From NCBI GenBank assembly GCA_035546295.1, contig DATKBT010000076.1, forward strand, positions 804 through 64,803: a DNA stretch of 64,000 nt. Reading direction: 5' to 3'. Each line of letters begins with the position of its first letter. The stretch's first letter is position 1. The position numbers and the translations under genes are program-made. The notes below the pieces were generated by a model. The model had not been told where the DNA came from and did not search any database. It saw nothing but the letters and a program-made list of their open reading frames with translations. Positions 40,634 through 49,560 of the stretch are shown piece by piece. Origin of the DNA: Thermoanaerobaculia bacterium (GTDB lineage Bacteria; Acidobacteriota; Thermoanaerobaculia; Multivoradales; Multivoraceae).

Positions 40634-43315
40634 CTACGGAGCGGACGCGATCGCCGGCAGCCCCAGACTGCGCACGCCAGATCGGAACGCCGGCTCCTCG
40701 CGGACCGAGTCGAAGACCGGATCGGAAAGCATGTCGAGCACCAGCCGGTTGCGTTCGCCGAAGGCCTTTTCGATCCAGTGCAGGGCGGCATCGCGGGAGC
40801 CCGATCGCAGAGACTGCCGGGCCAGATGATAGGCCGGCACGTACTCGCCCCGCTGCGCGCGAGCCGTCAGATCGTCTCGTCTCGTCCGGGCGTAGGCGCC
40901 GGTGGCGGCGTCGAGCCCGCCTGCGCGGTAGGTCTCGTCGAGCGTGGCCGCCTGCTCGGTGCGGCCGGTCAGGATCAGCGCCTGATGCCAGGCCGAAACC
41001 GCCTCGTGGGCGCGTCCCAGCTCGAGGTAGACGTCGGCGAGACCTTCCACCGTCGCGACATCGTCGGGGTCGAGCTCGAGCGCGCGGCGGTAGAGGCTCG
41101 CCGCCCTCTCGTAGCGACGATCGAGGTACTCCCACCGTGCGGCGAAGGTGTAGGTGCGCGCGGAGCCCGGATCCTGGTCGAGCGCAACCTGGCGGATGCG
41201 CCGGGCCTCCTCCCGACGACCGAGGCCTGCGAGGATCGAGGAGTAGTGGAGGGTGGCTTCCGGGAAGACCCTCACCGCCCGCTCCATCATTCGCTCTCCG
41301 TCGGCCCAGTCGCGACGCCAGTAGATTGCGATCGAGGCCTGCAGCGAGGCCAGCTCCGGCAGGTCCGGATCGAGCTCGAGCACACGCTCGGCGGCACGCT
41401 CGGCCTGCGGCCAGTGCTCGGCCGGGTTCCCCAGACCGTTGGCGGCGGCGAACCCGTGGTAGTGCCCGAGCCCGGTCCAGGCGAGGGCATACCGTGGATC
41501 GACCGCGATCGCACGCTCGAAGGCGCTCCGGCTGCGCAGGTAGTCGCTGCGCGACAGCTTGTTCCAGTAGTAACGGCCCTCGAGGTAGAGCCGGTACGCC
41601 TCGACGTCGTCGGTGTGGAGCTGCGCCACGCGCTCCTGCTCGGCCCCGCTGAGGCTGCGATGGAGGTGGTCGAGGACGTCGGCCGTGACCTCTTCGTGGA
41701 GCGACGTGAGCTCCGAGAGGCCGAGCTCGTAGCGGCGTCCCCACAGGTGGGAGTCGTCTCGCGCATCGACCAGCTCGACGCTCATCGTCAGGCGATCGCC
41801 CCGGCTCTCGAGACGGCCCGTCAGCACGCTGCGCACGTCGAGCTCACGTCCGATCTCGCGCGAGGTCGACAGCGGCCGCCCCTTGTACCGGAAGACCGCG
41901 GCCCGAGAGACGACGCGCAAGCCGCCGGACTGAGCGAGACTTTGGATGAGGCTCTCGGTCACGCCGTCGCTGAGGTAGTCGAGCTCGGGGTCGCTGCTCC
42001 CGTTGTCGAGCGGCAGCACTGCGATCGAGTCGATCCGCGATAGACCCCAGAGCCCCAGCAGGCGCCAGGAGCCGAGCAGCGCAGCCACCACGACGAGCGC
42101 CAGCCCGGCCATCCCCGCTGGCGATCGCGCGCGCGGGCGGATCGTCCCCCGGGAGCTCGTTGCGCGGGGAGGCGAGCGCGGAGTCGACAGAGCTCCGGCG
42201 CCGTTGCGCTCGCGCCAACCGGTCGCCCCTCGAGCCGACCGCCACTCCCCGCGTCGCTGCTTCAGCTCCAGCGCGAGGGTCGCCGCGTCCGAGAATCGGT
42301 CGGCGCGGTCCTTGGCCAGGATCCGAGCCACCAGCTCGTCGACGCCGGCGGGCAGCCCCGACCGGCGGCGGCTCGGCGGCTCGGGCGCCGCCAGCAGGAT
42401 GCTCGCCAGCAGATCGGACGGCGTCTCGGCTTCGAACGGACGGCTGCCGGTGACCATCTCGTAGAGCACCACGCCGAGGCTCCAGAGGTCGCTGCGGGCG
42501 TCGATCGGCCGTCCGCGCGCCTGCTCCGGGGACATGTAGGCGAGGGTGCCCAGCACCGCGCCCTCGAGCGTGGCGCTGGGCCCCGCGGGCTCGCCGCCGA
42601 GGGCCGATGGACGCAGGCTCTTGGCGATCCCGAAGTCGAGGATCTTGACCAGTCCGTCCGGGCGCAGCATCACGTTCTCGGGCTTGATGTCGCGATGGAC
42701 GAGGCCGGCTCGATGAGCCGCAGCCAGCCCCAGGGCGATCTGAGCGGCGACGTCGAGCGCAACGTCGATCTCGAGGGGCCCCCGTTCGAGGCGCTGCCTG
42801 AGGCTCTCGCCTTCGACCAGCTCGGTGACCAGCAGGTCGAAGTCGTCGTGCTCTGCGATCTCGTGGACCGTGACGATGTTCGGATGGTTGAGCGCCGAGG
42901 CGGCGAGCGCCTCGCGGCGGAATCGCCGGCGCCGATCGAGATCCTCACGCAGGTGGGCGGGAACCAGCTTGAGCGCCACCGCACGCTCGAGGAGCGGATC
43001 GCGAGCCCGGTACACCTCGCCCATGCCGCCGGTGCCGATGCGCGCCTCGACCTCGAATCGTCCCACTCGCCCGCCGACCAGGCTCGATCCCGCTCCGCGA
43101 GCGATCAGCCGGGCGGCCTCCGGCACCACGTCCTCCTCGAGGAAGCCGTCCTCCCGGTCATGCGCCAGCAGCAGCTCGACCTCGCGGCGCAGCCCCTCGT
43201 CGCCCGCGCACTCGCGATCGAGGAAGCGCCGGCGGTCTCCCTCGCCGAGACCGAGCGATGCGTTGAACAGCTCGTCGATCCGCCGCCAGCGCTCCGGGCT
43301 CATGGAGGGGTTCAT
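40634..43315 (-). CDS. Ser/Thr protein kinase with TM segment and periplasmic TPR-like repeats, ECF-sigma-associated
   Basis: 893 aa; N-terminal MSPERWRRIDELFNASLGL ... REVELLLAH motif; kinase GTGGMGEVYRARD ... HRDIKPENVML ... DFGIAK ... SPEQ; TM (LALVVVAALLGSWRLLGLW); C-terminal TPR-like repeats; ATG overlaps the sigma stop (ATGA). Confidence 0.8.
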   Translation of the reverse strand: MNPSMSPERWRRIDELFNASLGLGEGDRRRFLDRECAGDEGLRREVELLLAHDREDGFLEEDVVPEAARLIARGAGSSLVGGRVGRFEVEARIGTGGMGEVYRARDPLLERAVALKLVPAHLREDLDRRRRFRREALAASALNHPNIVTVHEIAEHDDFDLLVTELVEGESLRQRLERGPLEIDVALDVAAQIALGLAAAHRAGLVHRDIKPENVMLRPDGLVKILDFGIAKSLRPSALGGEPAGPSATLEGAVLGTLAYMSPEQARGRPIDARSDLWSLGVVLYEMVTGSRPFEAETPSDLLASILLAAPEPPSRRRSGLPAGVDELVARILAKDRADRFSDAATLALELKQRRGEWRSARGATGWRERNGAGALSTPRSPPRATSSRGTIRPRARSPAGMAGLALVVVAALLGSWRLLGLWGLSRIDSIAVLPLDNGSSDPELDYLSDGVTESLIQSLAQSGGLRVVSRAAVFRYKGRPLSTSREIGRELDVRSVLTGRLESRGDRLTMSVELVDARDDSHLWGRRYELGLSELTSLHEEVTADVLDHLHRSLSGAEQERVAQLHTDDVEAYRLYLEGRYYWNKLSRSDYLRSRSAFERAIAVDPRYALAWTGLGHYHGFAAANGLGNPAEHWPQAERAAERVLELDPDLPELASLQASIAIYWRRDWADGERMMERAVRVFPEATLHYSSILAGLGRREEARRIRQVALDQDPGSARTYTFAARWEYLDRRYERAASLYRRALELDPDDVATVEGLADVYLELGRAHEAVSAWHQALILTGRTEQAATLDETYRAGGLDAATGAYARTRRDDLTARAQRGEYVPAYHLARQSLRSGSRDAALHWIEKAFGERNRLVLDMLSDPVFDSVREEPAFRSGVRSLGLPAIASAP

Positions 43316-43884
43316 CCGGACTCGATCTCGCGTCTCAGGAACGCCCTTGCGCCGCGCCAGTCGCGAGTGACCGTGTCAGGGTGCACCCCGAGCACCTCGG
43401 CGGTCTCCTCGACGCTCAACCCGCCGAAGTAGCGCATCTCGACGACGCGGCTCTTCCTGAGGTCGACTCGCGACAGAGACCGCAGGGCATCGTCGAGCGC
43501 CACCAGCGCGTCGGCGCGTCGATCGTCGAGGACGCAGGCCTCGTCGAGCGGCAGAGGACGAATGCCGCCACCGCGTTTGGCGAAGGCGACCCGGCGTGCG
43601 TGATCGACCAGGATGCGACGCATCACGGTGGCCGCGATCGCGAAGAAGTGGGCGCGGTTCTGCCATTCGACGCGCTGGCGCACGAGCTTCAGGTAAGCCT
43701 CGTTGACCAGCGCGGTGGTCTGCAGCGTGTGGCCGGGGCGCTCGCGACCGAGATAGCCGTGAGCCAGACGGTGGAGCTCCGCTTCGACCAGGGGCAGCAG
43801 CCGGTCGAATGCGCCCTGGTCGCCGCCGCCCCAGGCCTGGAGCAACTCGGTGACGTCCTCGGTCGAGGATCTGGCCTCGCTCAA
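43312..43884 (-). CDS. ECF-family RNA polymerase sigma factor (kinase-associated subgroup)
   Basis: 190 aa; sigma-70 region 2 (LVNEAYLKL ... AHFFAIAATVMRRILVDHAR) and region 4 (EMRYFGGLSVEETAEVLGVHPDTVTRDWRGARAFL). Confidence 0.85.
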   Translation of the reverse strand: MSEARSSTEDVTELLQAWGGGDQGAFDRLLPLVEAELHRLAHGYLGRERPGHTLQTTALVNEAYLKLVRQRVEWQNRAHFFAIAATVMRRILVDHARRVAFAKRGGGIRPLPLDEACVLDDRRADALVALDDALRSLSRVDLRKSRVVEMRYFGGLSVEETAEVLGVHPDTVTRDWRGARAFLRREIESG

Positions 43885-44302
43885 CGCCGCGGCTCCGACC
43901 GGGACGACGCCCGGCTCGGCGCGGCCGGCGCCCCGACCTCCGGCGGTCGGCGAGCCCGAACCGGAGTCGCTGCGGTCGAAGGCTGCGGAGGGGGCATGCG
44001 CGTTGGAAGGCCGGCTCGTCCGCTGGCGGGCCGGATCCGGGCGAATCGGCTGTGCCGAGACCCCGGCTGCCGGTCTCCGTCTCCGGGTGAGAGGAGTCTA
44101 CGGCGTTCGGTCGGCAATGCGCCAGGGAGGGGGCCTGGATGCCTGCTGCACGGAGGCGCAGCCTCTTCCCCGCGCGACCCGATGGCGCTCCCCCCACCGC
44201 GAAGGCGAGCCGGAAATCTCGATGCCGGCTGTCGCGGCGCGATCGCGCGTGTCAGGAGAACGACCTCGCGCGAGAGAGCGCGAGACCGAAAGGAGTCTCG
44301 AG

Positions 44303-44851
44303 ATGACGACTTGCGATTGGACCCCCTCCACCCGCCCGGCCCGGACCGCGGCGGCCCTGCTGTCGATCCTGCTCGCGGCGCCGCTGGCGGCGCTCGCGGC
44401 CGAGGCCAGGACGCTCGAGCGAGCAGACGACCAGGGCCGGGTCGCCAGTGGGCGACTGGTCGGCACCTGGGAGTTCCAGGTCACCTTCGTGCAGTGCGAC
44501 ACCGGCACGCCGGTGGCTCCGACGTTCACCTCGCTGCACACCTACCTGCCCGGCGGGTCCGCACTCGAGCAGGGCAGCACCGCCGGCCGCTCGCCCGCCA
44601 TCTCGCGGACCGTGGGTCAGGGGGTGTGGGAACGGGAGAGCCCCGGTCTCTTCCACGCCATCTTCAAGTTCTTCACCTTCGACGTGAACGGGCAGGTGGT
44701 CTCCCGCGTCGAGATCGACGAGCTGGTCGAGTTCCAGAGCGGCGACGAGATCATCCACTACGGCGTCGGACGGGTCTTCAGCCCCACCGGGGTCGAAGTC
44801 GCCAGCAACTGCTTCACGGGCACCGGCGTGCGGATGGAGCTCCCGGAGTAG
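44303..44851 (+). CDS. small secreted hypothetical protein
   Basis: 182 aa; AAAGGAG RBS 8 nt before ATG 44303; signal peptide (AAALLSILLAAPLAALAAEA); the in-frame upstream extension to 43850 is Arg/Ala-rich and rejected. Confidence 0.55.
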   Translation: MTTCDWTPSTRPARTAAALLSILLAAPLAALAAEARTLERADDQGRVASGRLVGTWEFQVTFVQCDTGTPVAPTFTSLHTYLPGGSALEQGSTAGRSPAISRTVGQGVWERESPGLFHAIFKFFTFDVNGQVVSRVEIDELVEFQSGDEIIHYGVGRVFSPTGVEVASNCFTGTGVRMELPE

Positions 44852-44892
44852 CCAGTTCGACGCGGGATCAGAAGACCAAGTTCGAGGGAACC

Positions 44893-44932
44893 CGACGAAC
44901 GTCGGCCCCGGCGTCCTGTGCCCGCCGGGGCC
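44893..44932 (+). terminator. candidate terminator: perfect 10-bp GC stem with 8-nt loop
   Basis: GGCCCCGGCG-tcctgtgc-CGCCGGGGCC about 50 nt after the stop at 44851, preceded by a small CGACG-AA-CGTCG hairpin; no U-tract. Confidence 0.4.
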
Positions 44933-45169
44933 GCGCGATCGTCAGAAGCTGACGGGTCGACTCGTCCAGCGTTTCCGAATTCTCGCGATTCGTCGCGCGC
45001 GATCCCTGACCATCCCTGAACCGATGCGCACCCGCTGCGCGCGAGCTGCGGGCGGCGCGGCGGTCGAGCTCCGATCTTCCGGGCGACCTCGTAGACTCGG
45101 AGCGCGCAAGCGCGAACCCGCCGGAGATCCCAGATCCCACAGGACCTGCCCTTCCACCTCGTCGCGCTC

Positions 45170-46213
45170 GTGACCATGCTTCTCGCGGCCCTCGTCGCGC
45201 TTCGAGCTGGCGGTCGCCGGAGCCACTGGTCGGCCGCCATCGCGGCCGGCGACGCGATCCTGCTGGGGGCGGCCGTGCTGCTCGCTCGCGAGCTCTTCCA
45301 CTTCTCCCGCCTCTGCGCGTGGCTGCTCTTCCTCTACCTGCCGTTCCAGCTCCTGGCGGTCGGCCTGCTCCCTCGGCCCGCGCGGCGGATGACGCCAGTG
45401 CTCGCGCTGCTGGCCGTCGGGCTGTGGACGGTCGCGGTCGACGCGTTCCTGATCGAGCCCCGGTGGCTCGAGGTGACCACGATCGAGCTCGCCTCGCCGC
45501 GCGTCGCGGAGCCGACCCGGGTGGTCGTCCTGGCGGATCTCCAGACCGACCGGATCGGCCACTACGAGCGGGCGGTGTCGGCTCGGCTGCGCGCGCTCGA
45601 GCCTGACCTCCTCCTTCTGACCGGCGACTACCTGCAGCTCGACGGTGAAGCGCGAAGACGGCAGACGCCCGGCTTTCGATCGCTCTTCCAGGACCTCGAT
45701 CCGGCGCTCGGCGCCTTCGCCGTCCGGGGCAACGTCGATGCCGAGGGCTGGGACGGTCTTTTCGAGGGAACGCCCGTGATCCCTCTTGCCCAAACACAGT
45801 CGCGCCACGTCTCGCCGTGGCTGACGATGACCGGCCTCGGCCTCCGGGACTCCTTCGACGTCGCGCTGCGCTTGCCGCGTCCCGGCGCGGGATTCCACGT
45901 CGTGTTCGGTCACGGGCCGGACTTCTCCCTCGGCGAGGTCGAGGCCGATCTGCTCGTCGCAGGCCACACCCACGGCGGCCAGGTCCGCCTGCCCCTGATC
46001 GGCCCGCTGGTCACGTTCTCGGCCATTCCGCGAAGCCAGGCGGCCGGGATCAGCGAGCTCTCCGGGGGGCGCACCCTGGTCGTCTCGCGCGGCGTGGGGA
46101 TGGAGCGCGGGAGCGCTCCTCGGCTCCGCTTCCTCTGCCGGCCCCAGCTCGTCGTGATCGACCTCGTGCCCGGCGGGCGCGCGACGGCCGTGGACGACGA
46201 GCCCGAGCAGTAG
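45170..46213 (+). CDS. membrane-anchored metallophosphoesterase (calcineurin-like)
   Basis: 347 aa; N-terminal TM helices; phosphoesterase motifs VLADLQTD, LTGDY, GNVD, VAGHTHGGQVRLP. Confidence 0.7.
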   Translation: MTMLLAALVALRAGGRRSHWSAAIAAGDAILLGAAVLLARELFHFSRLCAWLLFLYLPFQLLAVGLLPRPARRMTPVLALLAVGLWTVAVDAFLIEPRWLEVTTIELASPRVAEPTRVVVLADLQTDRIGHYERAVSARLRALEPDLLLLTGDYLQLDGEARRRQTPGFRSLFQDLDPALGAFAVRGNVDAEGWDGLFEGTPVIPLAQTQSRHVSPWLTMTGLGLRDSFDVALRLPRPGAGFHVVFGHGPDFSLGEVEADLLVAGHTHGGQVRLPLIGPLVTFSAIPRSQAAGISELSGGRTLVVSRGVGMERGSAPRLRFLCRPQLVVIDLVPGGRATAVDDEPEQ

Positions 46214-46238
46214 CCTGCCCTTGCCGTGCGCACGGTCC

Positions 46239-46285
46239 ATCTGTAGACTGCCTTTATCTGTAGACTGACAGATATCAGTCATCCG
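46239..46285. promoter_or_regulatory. AT-rich promoter island with direct repeat ATCTGTAGACTG x2 and inverted repeat GACTGA-N6-TCAGTC (candidate PadR operator)
   Basis: catctgtagactgcctttatctgtagactgacagatatcagtc read directly, ending 13 nt upstream of the PadR ATG at 46298; strongly AT-biased relative to the surroundings. Confidence 0.4.
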
Positions 46286-46297
46286 ACCGACACCGAG

Positions 46298-46687
46298 ATG
46301 GACCCGACCGATCACCTGCCTCTCGCGCCCCGCGACCTCCTCATCCTCGCCGTGCTCTCCGAGGGGCCAACGCATGGCTACGGCCTGATCAAGTCGGTCG
46401 AAGCGCGATCGCGTGCGGGGGTCCTGCTCGACCCCGCGAACCTCTACCGGGTGCTCCGGAGGATGCGCAACGACGGATGGATCCGCCAGACCCGGAGCGA
46501 GGCGACCCCGACCGAGGCGACCCCAACCGCGGCGAACCCGCGGGGCATCGCCGAGACCGATGGGAACGACGGCGCGCGCCGCCGCACCTACGAGATCACG
46601 TCCGAGGGTCGCTCGATTCTCGCGGCCGAGCTGTCCCGGCTCGAGCTGCTGCTCGAGCAGGCGCGGTCCACGGCGAGCCGAACGTGA
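46298..46687 (+). CDS. PadR family transcriptional regulator
   Basis: 129 aa; LAVLSEGPTHGYGLIKSVE ... PANLYRVLRRMRNDGWI; contains a short EATPT EATPT duplication. Confidence 0.85.
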   Translation: MDPTDHLPLAPRDLLILAVLSEGPTHGYGLIKSVEARSRAGVLLDPANLYRVLRRMRNDGWIRQTRSEATPTEATPTAANPRGIAETDGNDGARRRTYEITSEGRSILAAELSRLELLLEQARSTASRT

Positions 46688-49341
46688 AGGAATCACCCGC
46701 GCTCGCCGTCCGCCTCTACGCGGCGGCGCTGCGACTCCTGCCGCCCGTCGTCCGAAGTGAGGACGAGGGGGAGATGCTTCACGCGTTCGAGTCGATGTGG
46801 CAGGAGCGGAGAGGACCGGCCGCGCGCCTCGCGCTCGTCGGCCGGCTGTTCGGCCGACTGCCGCTCGCGGTGGCGGCCGAATGGCTCGACGTACTGGGGG
46901 AGCTGGTCAGCGACATCAGGAGAGGAGCGACCATGGACGCCATCTTTCACGACCTCGGCCAGGCCTTGCGCGCAGTGCGCAGAGACCTCAGCCTCTTCGT
47001 CTTCGCCAGCGCGGTCGTCGGGCTCGGCGTCGGAGCCGCGACCGCGGTGTTCAGCGTCATGAGCCCGCTGATGCTCCGGCCGCTTCCCTTCGAGGAGCCG
47101 GAACGGCTCGTCTGGATCGCCAACGAGCACCCCGAGCTCGGTCTGTCCGGAGTGACCTCGCGCACCGGCAACCTCCGCGACTTCCGTGAGCTGAGCGACT
47201 CCTTCGCAGGACTCACCGGCTACTTCGCCTTCTTCGAGGGCAACAGCGAGAACCTCGTCGCCGACGGCGAGCCCGAGAGCGTCGTCGGCGTCGGCGTGGC
47301 TCACGACTTCCTCGACGTGCTCGGCGTCCAGCCGGTGATCGGCCGGAGCTTCCTACCGGAGGAGGGTCTCGACGAGGGGCGCCGGGTCGTCCTGCTCTCC
47401 CACGGCTTCTGGACGCGCCGCTACGCCAGCGACCCGAGTCTCGTCGGCCGCGCGATCACGCTCGACGGACGGCCGCACGAGGTCGTCGGTGTCCTCCCGG
47501 CGTCCTTCGACTTCGCCGGCCTCTTCGCTCCCGGGGCCCGCGTCGACTTTCTCCGGCCGTTCCCGATCACCAGCGAGACCGATCGGTGGGGCAATACGCT
47601 CGCCATGATCGGACGCCTGGCGGCGGGCGCGTCGGCGGCGAGCGCGCAGGCCGAGCTCGACCGCGTCATCGAGGCGCTCGAGCAGGCGGACTCCGAACGC
47701 TGGGGGCTGGGGGCGGTGGTGTCGCCGCTCGACCAGCACATCGCCGGTCCGTTCCGCACCGGCTTCCTGCTGCTGGCGCTGGCGGCCGGCGGCATGGTGC
47801 TGATCGTCAGCGTCAACCTCTCGAACCTGCTGCTGGCGAGAAGCCCGCGTCGGATCCAGGAGATGGCCGTGCGCAACGCTCTCGGCGCCGGTCGCGGGCG
47901 GCTGGTTCGCCAGCTCGTCTTCGAGAGCCTGGTGACTTCCGCCTCCGGAGCCATCGTCGGGATCGTGATCGCGGCGATCGCGGTCGAGCTGGTGACCGTC
48001 AGCGGCATCCCCATCCCCCTGCTGCGCACCGCCTCGATCGACGCGCCGGTGCTCGTCTTCAGTGTCTCCGTTGCGGCGGTGACCGGCCTCCTGATCGGCG
48101 TGCTGCCCGCCATCCTGGTCACCCGGCGCGGCGGCCTCGCGGCGGCCGTCCCCGGCCGCAGCGCCGGCGGCGGCAGACGCACCCGCCGTCTGCGCGAGGC
48201 TCTGGTGCTGAGTGAGATCGCGCTCGCGTGCGTGCTGCTGATCAGCGGGGGCCTCCTCCTCCGCAGCTTCCAGCGCGTGCTGGACGTCGACCTCGGCTTC
48301 GAGCCCGACGGCGCGATCGCCTGGGAGATCGCACCCACCCGCGGGTTCGAGAACCTGCAGGCCAAGAACGCCTACTTCGACCAGCTCGCGCAGCGCGTGG
48401 CGGCAGTGCCGGGGGTCGACGCCGTCGGCCTCAGCGACGCGCTGCCGATGGTGCGCAACCGCTCGTGGGGCGTGCGCGCCGCCGACCTCGAACGGCGGGA
48501 GGACGACCAGAACGAGGCCTTCCCCCACCTCGTCGACCACCGTTACATCGGCGCCCTCGGCATTCCCGTGATCAGCGGGCGCTCGTTGAGCCCAGACGAC
48601 ACCGCGAAGACCGAACGGGTCGCGGTGATCAACGAGACCGCGGCGAGAGTGCTGTTTCGCGATCCCGCGCCGATCGACCGGATGCTGATCGCCGGGCCGG
48701 AGTGGCGGGTGGTGGGCGTGGTCTCGGACGTCCGTCACCTGTCGCCCGAGGAGCAGGCCGGACCCGAGGTCTATTTTCCGTACACTCAGCACGGCGACTT
48801 CGACTCGATGGCCCTGGTCGTGCGCTCGAGGCTCGCGACCGAGGTCCTGACGCCCAGCGTCGGCGCCGCCATTCGAGCCTTCGATCCCGCCCTACCCTCC
48901 CGCGAGTACCAGACCCTCGGCGCGATCGTCGACCGTTCGTTGTCACCGCGCCGGTTCACGACCTCGCTGCTCGCCGCCTTCGCGGCGGCCGCCCTCCTGC
49001 TCGCGGCGGTCGGCATCTACGGAGTTCTCTCCTACGCGGTGACCGAGCGGACCGCCGAGATCAGCATCCGCATCGCTTTGGGCGAGTCGGCGGGCGAGGT
49101 GTGGCGGCGGGTCGTCGGCCGCTCGCTGCTGCTCGCTCTCTTCGGTGTCGGAGCCGGGCTGGCGCTCTCGTTGCTCCTTTCACGGTGGATCGGCTCGCTG
49201 CTCTACGGAGTCGACTCGACGGACCCGCCGACGATCGTCGCAATGACGAGCACCCTGCTCGCGACCGCCCTGCTCGCGGGGGCGCTGCCGGCACGCCGGG
49301 CCTCGCGGATCGATCCCGCCCGCCTGCTGGCGCAGAGCTGA
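46684..49341 (+). CDS. MacB/FtsX-like duplicated permease (ADOP-type), coupled to PadR
   Basis: 885 aa; GTG at 46684 overlaps the PadR TGA (GTGA); TM after LRAVRRDLSLFVFASAVVGLGVGAATAVFSVM; two FtsX-like modules. Confidence 0.8.
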   Translation: MKESPALAVRLYAAALRLLPPVVRSEDEGEMLHAFESMWQERRGPAARLALVGRLFGRLPLAVAAEWLDVLGELVSDIRRGATMDAIFHDLGQALRAVRRDLSLFVFASAVVGLGVGAATAVFSVMSPLMLRPLPFEEPERLVWIANEHPELGLSGVTSRTGNLRDFRELSDSFAGLTGYFAFFEGNSENLVADGEPESVVGVGVAHDFLDVLGVQPVIGRSFLPEEGLDEGRRVVLLSHGFWTRRYASDPSLVGRAITLDGRPHEVVGVLPASFDFAGLFAPGARVDFLRPFPITSETDRWGNTLAMIGRLAAGASAASAQAELDRVIEALEQADSERWGLGAVVSPLDQHIAGPFRTGFLLLALAAGGMVLIVSVNLSNLLLARSPRRIQEMAVRNALGAGRGRLVRQLVFESLVTSASGAIVGIVIAAIAVELVTVSGIPIPLLRTASIDAPVLVFSVSVAAVTGLLIGVLPAILVTRRGGLAAAVPGRSAGGGRRTRRLREALVLSEIALACVLLISGGLLLRSFQRVLDVDLGFEPDGAIAWEIAPTRGFENLQAKNAYFDQLAQRVAAVPGVDAVGLSDALPMVRNRSWGVRAADLERREDDQNEAFPHLVDHRYIGALGIPVISGRSLSPDDTAKTERVAVINETAARVLFRDPAPIDRMLIAGPEWRVVGVVSDVRHLSPEEQAGPEVYFPYTQHGDFDSMALVVRSRLATEVLTPSVGAAIRAFDPALPSREYQTLGAIVDRSLSPRRFTTSLLAAFAAAALLLAAVGIYGVLSYAVTERTAEISIRIALGESAGEVWRRVVGRSLLLALFGVGAGLALSLLLSRWIGSLLYGVDSTDPPTIVAMTSTLLATALLAGALPARRASRIDPARLLAQS

Positions 49342-49560
49342 GAACGCTTCGTGTAGCATTCCCGAGATCGAGGCTCGCCGCGGTCGATCGGCTCGACTCA
49401 GCTCGGCTCCGGTCAGCTCGGCTCCGCGCATCGGACGGTATCCGCACGCCCGGGTCGAAGCGGTTTCGGAGGCCGTGCGGAGCTGGAGACAGCGACCCCG
49501 AGGCCGCGCCGAGGAGCGGCGAGACCGCATCGCCACCACGGACCCCACTTCCGCCCGAGC

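Noticed and set aside
43850-44302. In-frame upstream extension of the small secreted protein
   Set aside because: No stop by chance in a GC-rich frame; composition is noise, and a strong AAAGGAG RBS precedes ATG 44303
43885-44302. ECF-type promoter (GGAAC ... CGT) upstream of the ECF sigma gene
   Set aside because: I could not find a convincing -35/-10 pair by eye in this 420-bp divergent region; left uncalled
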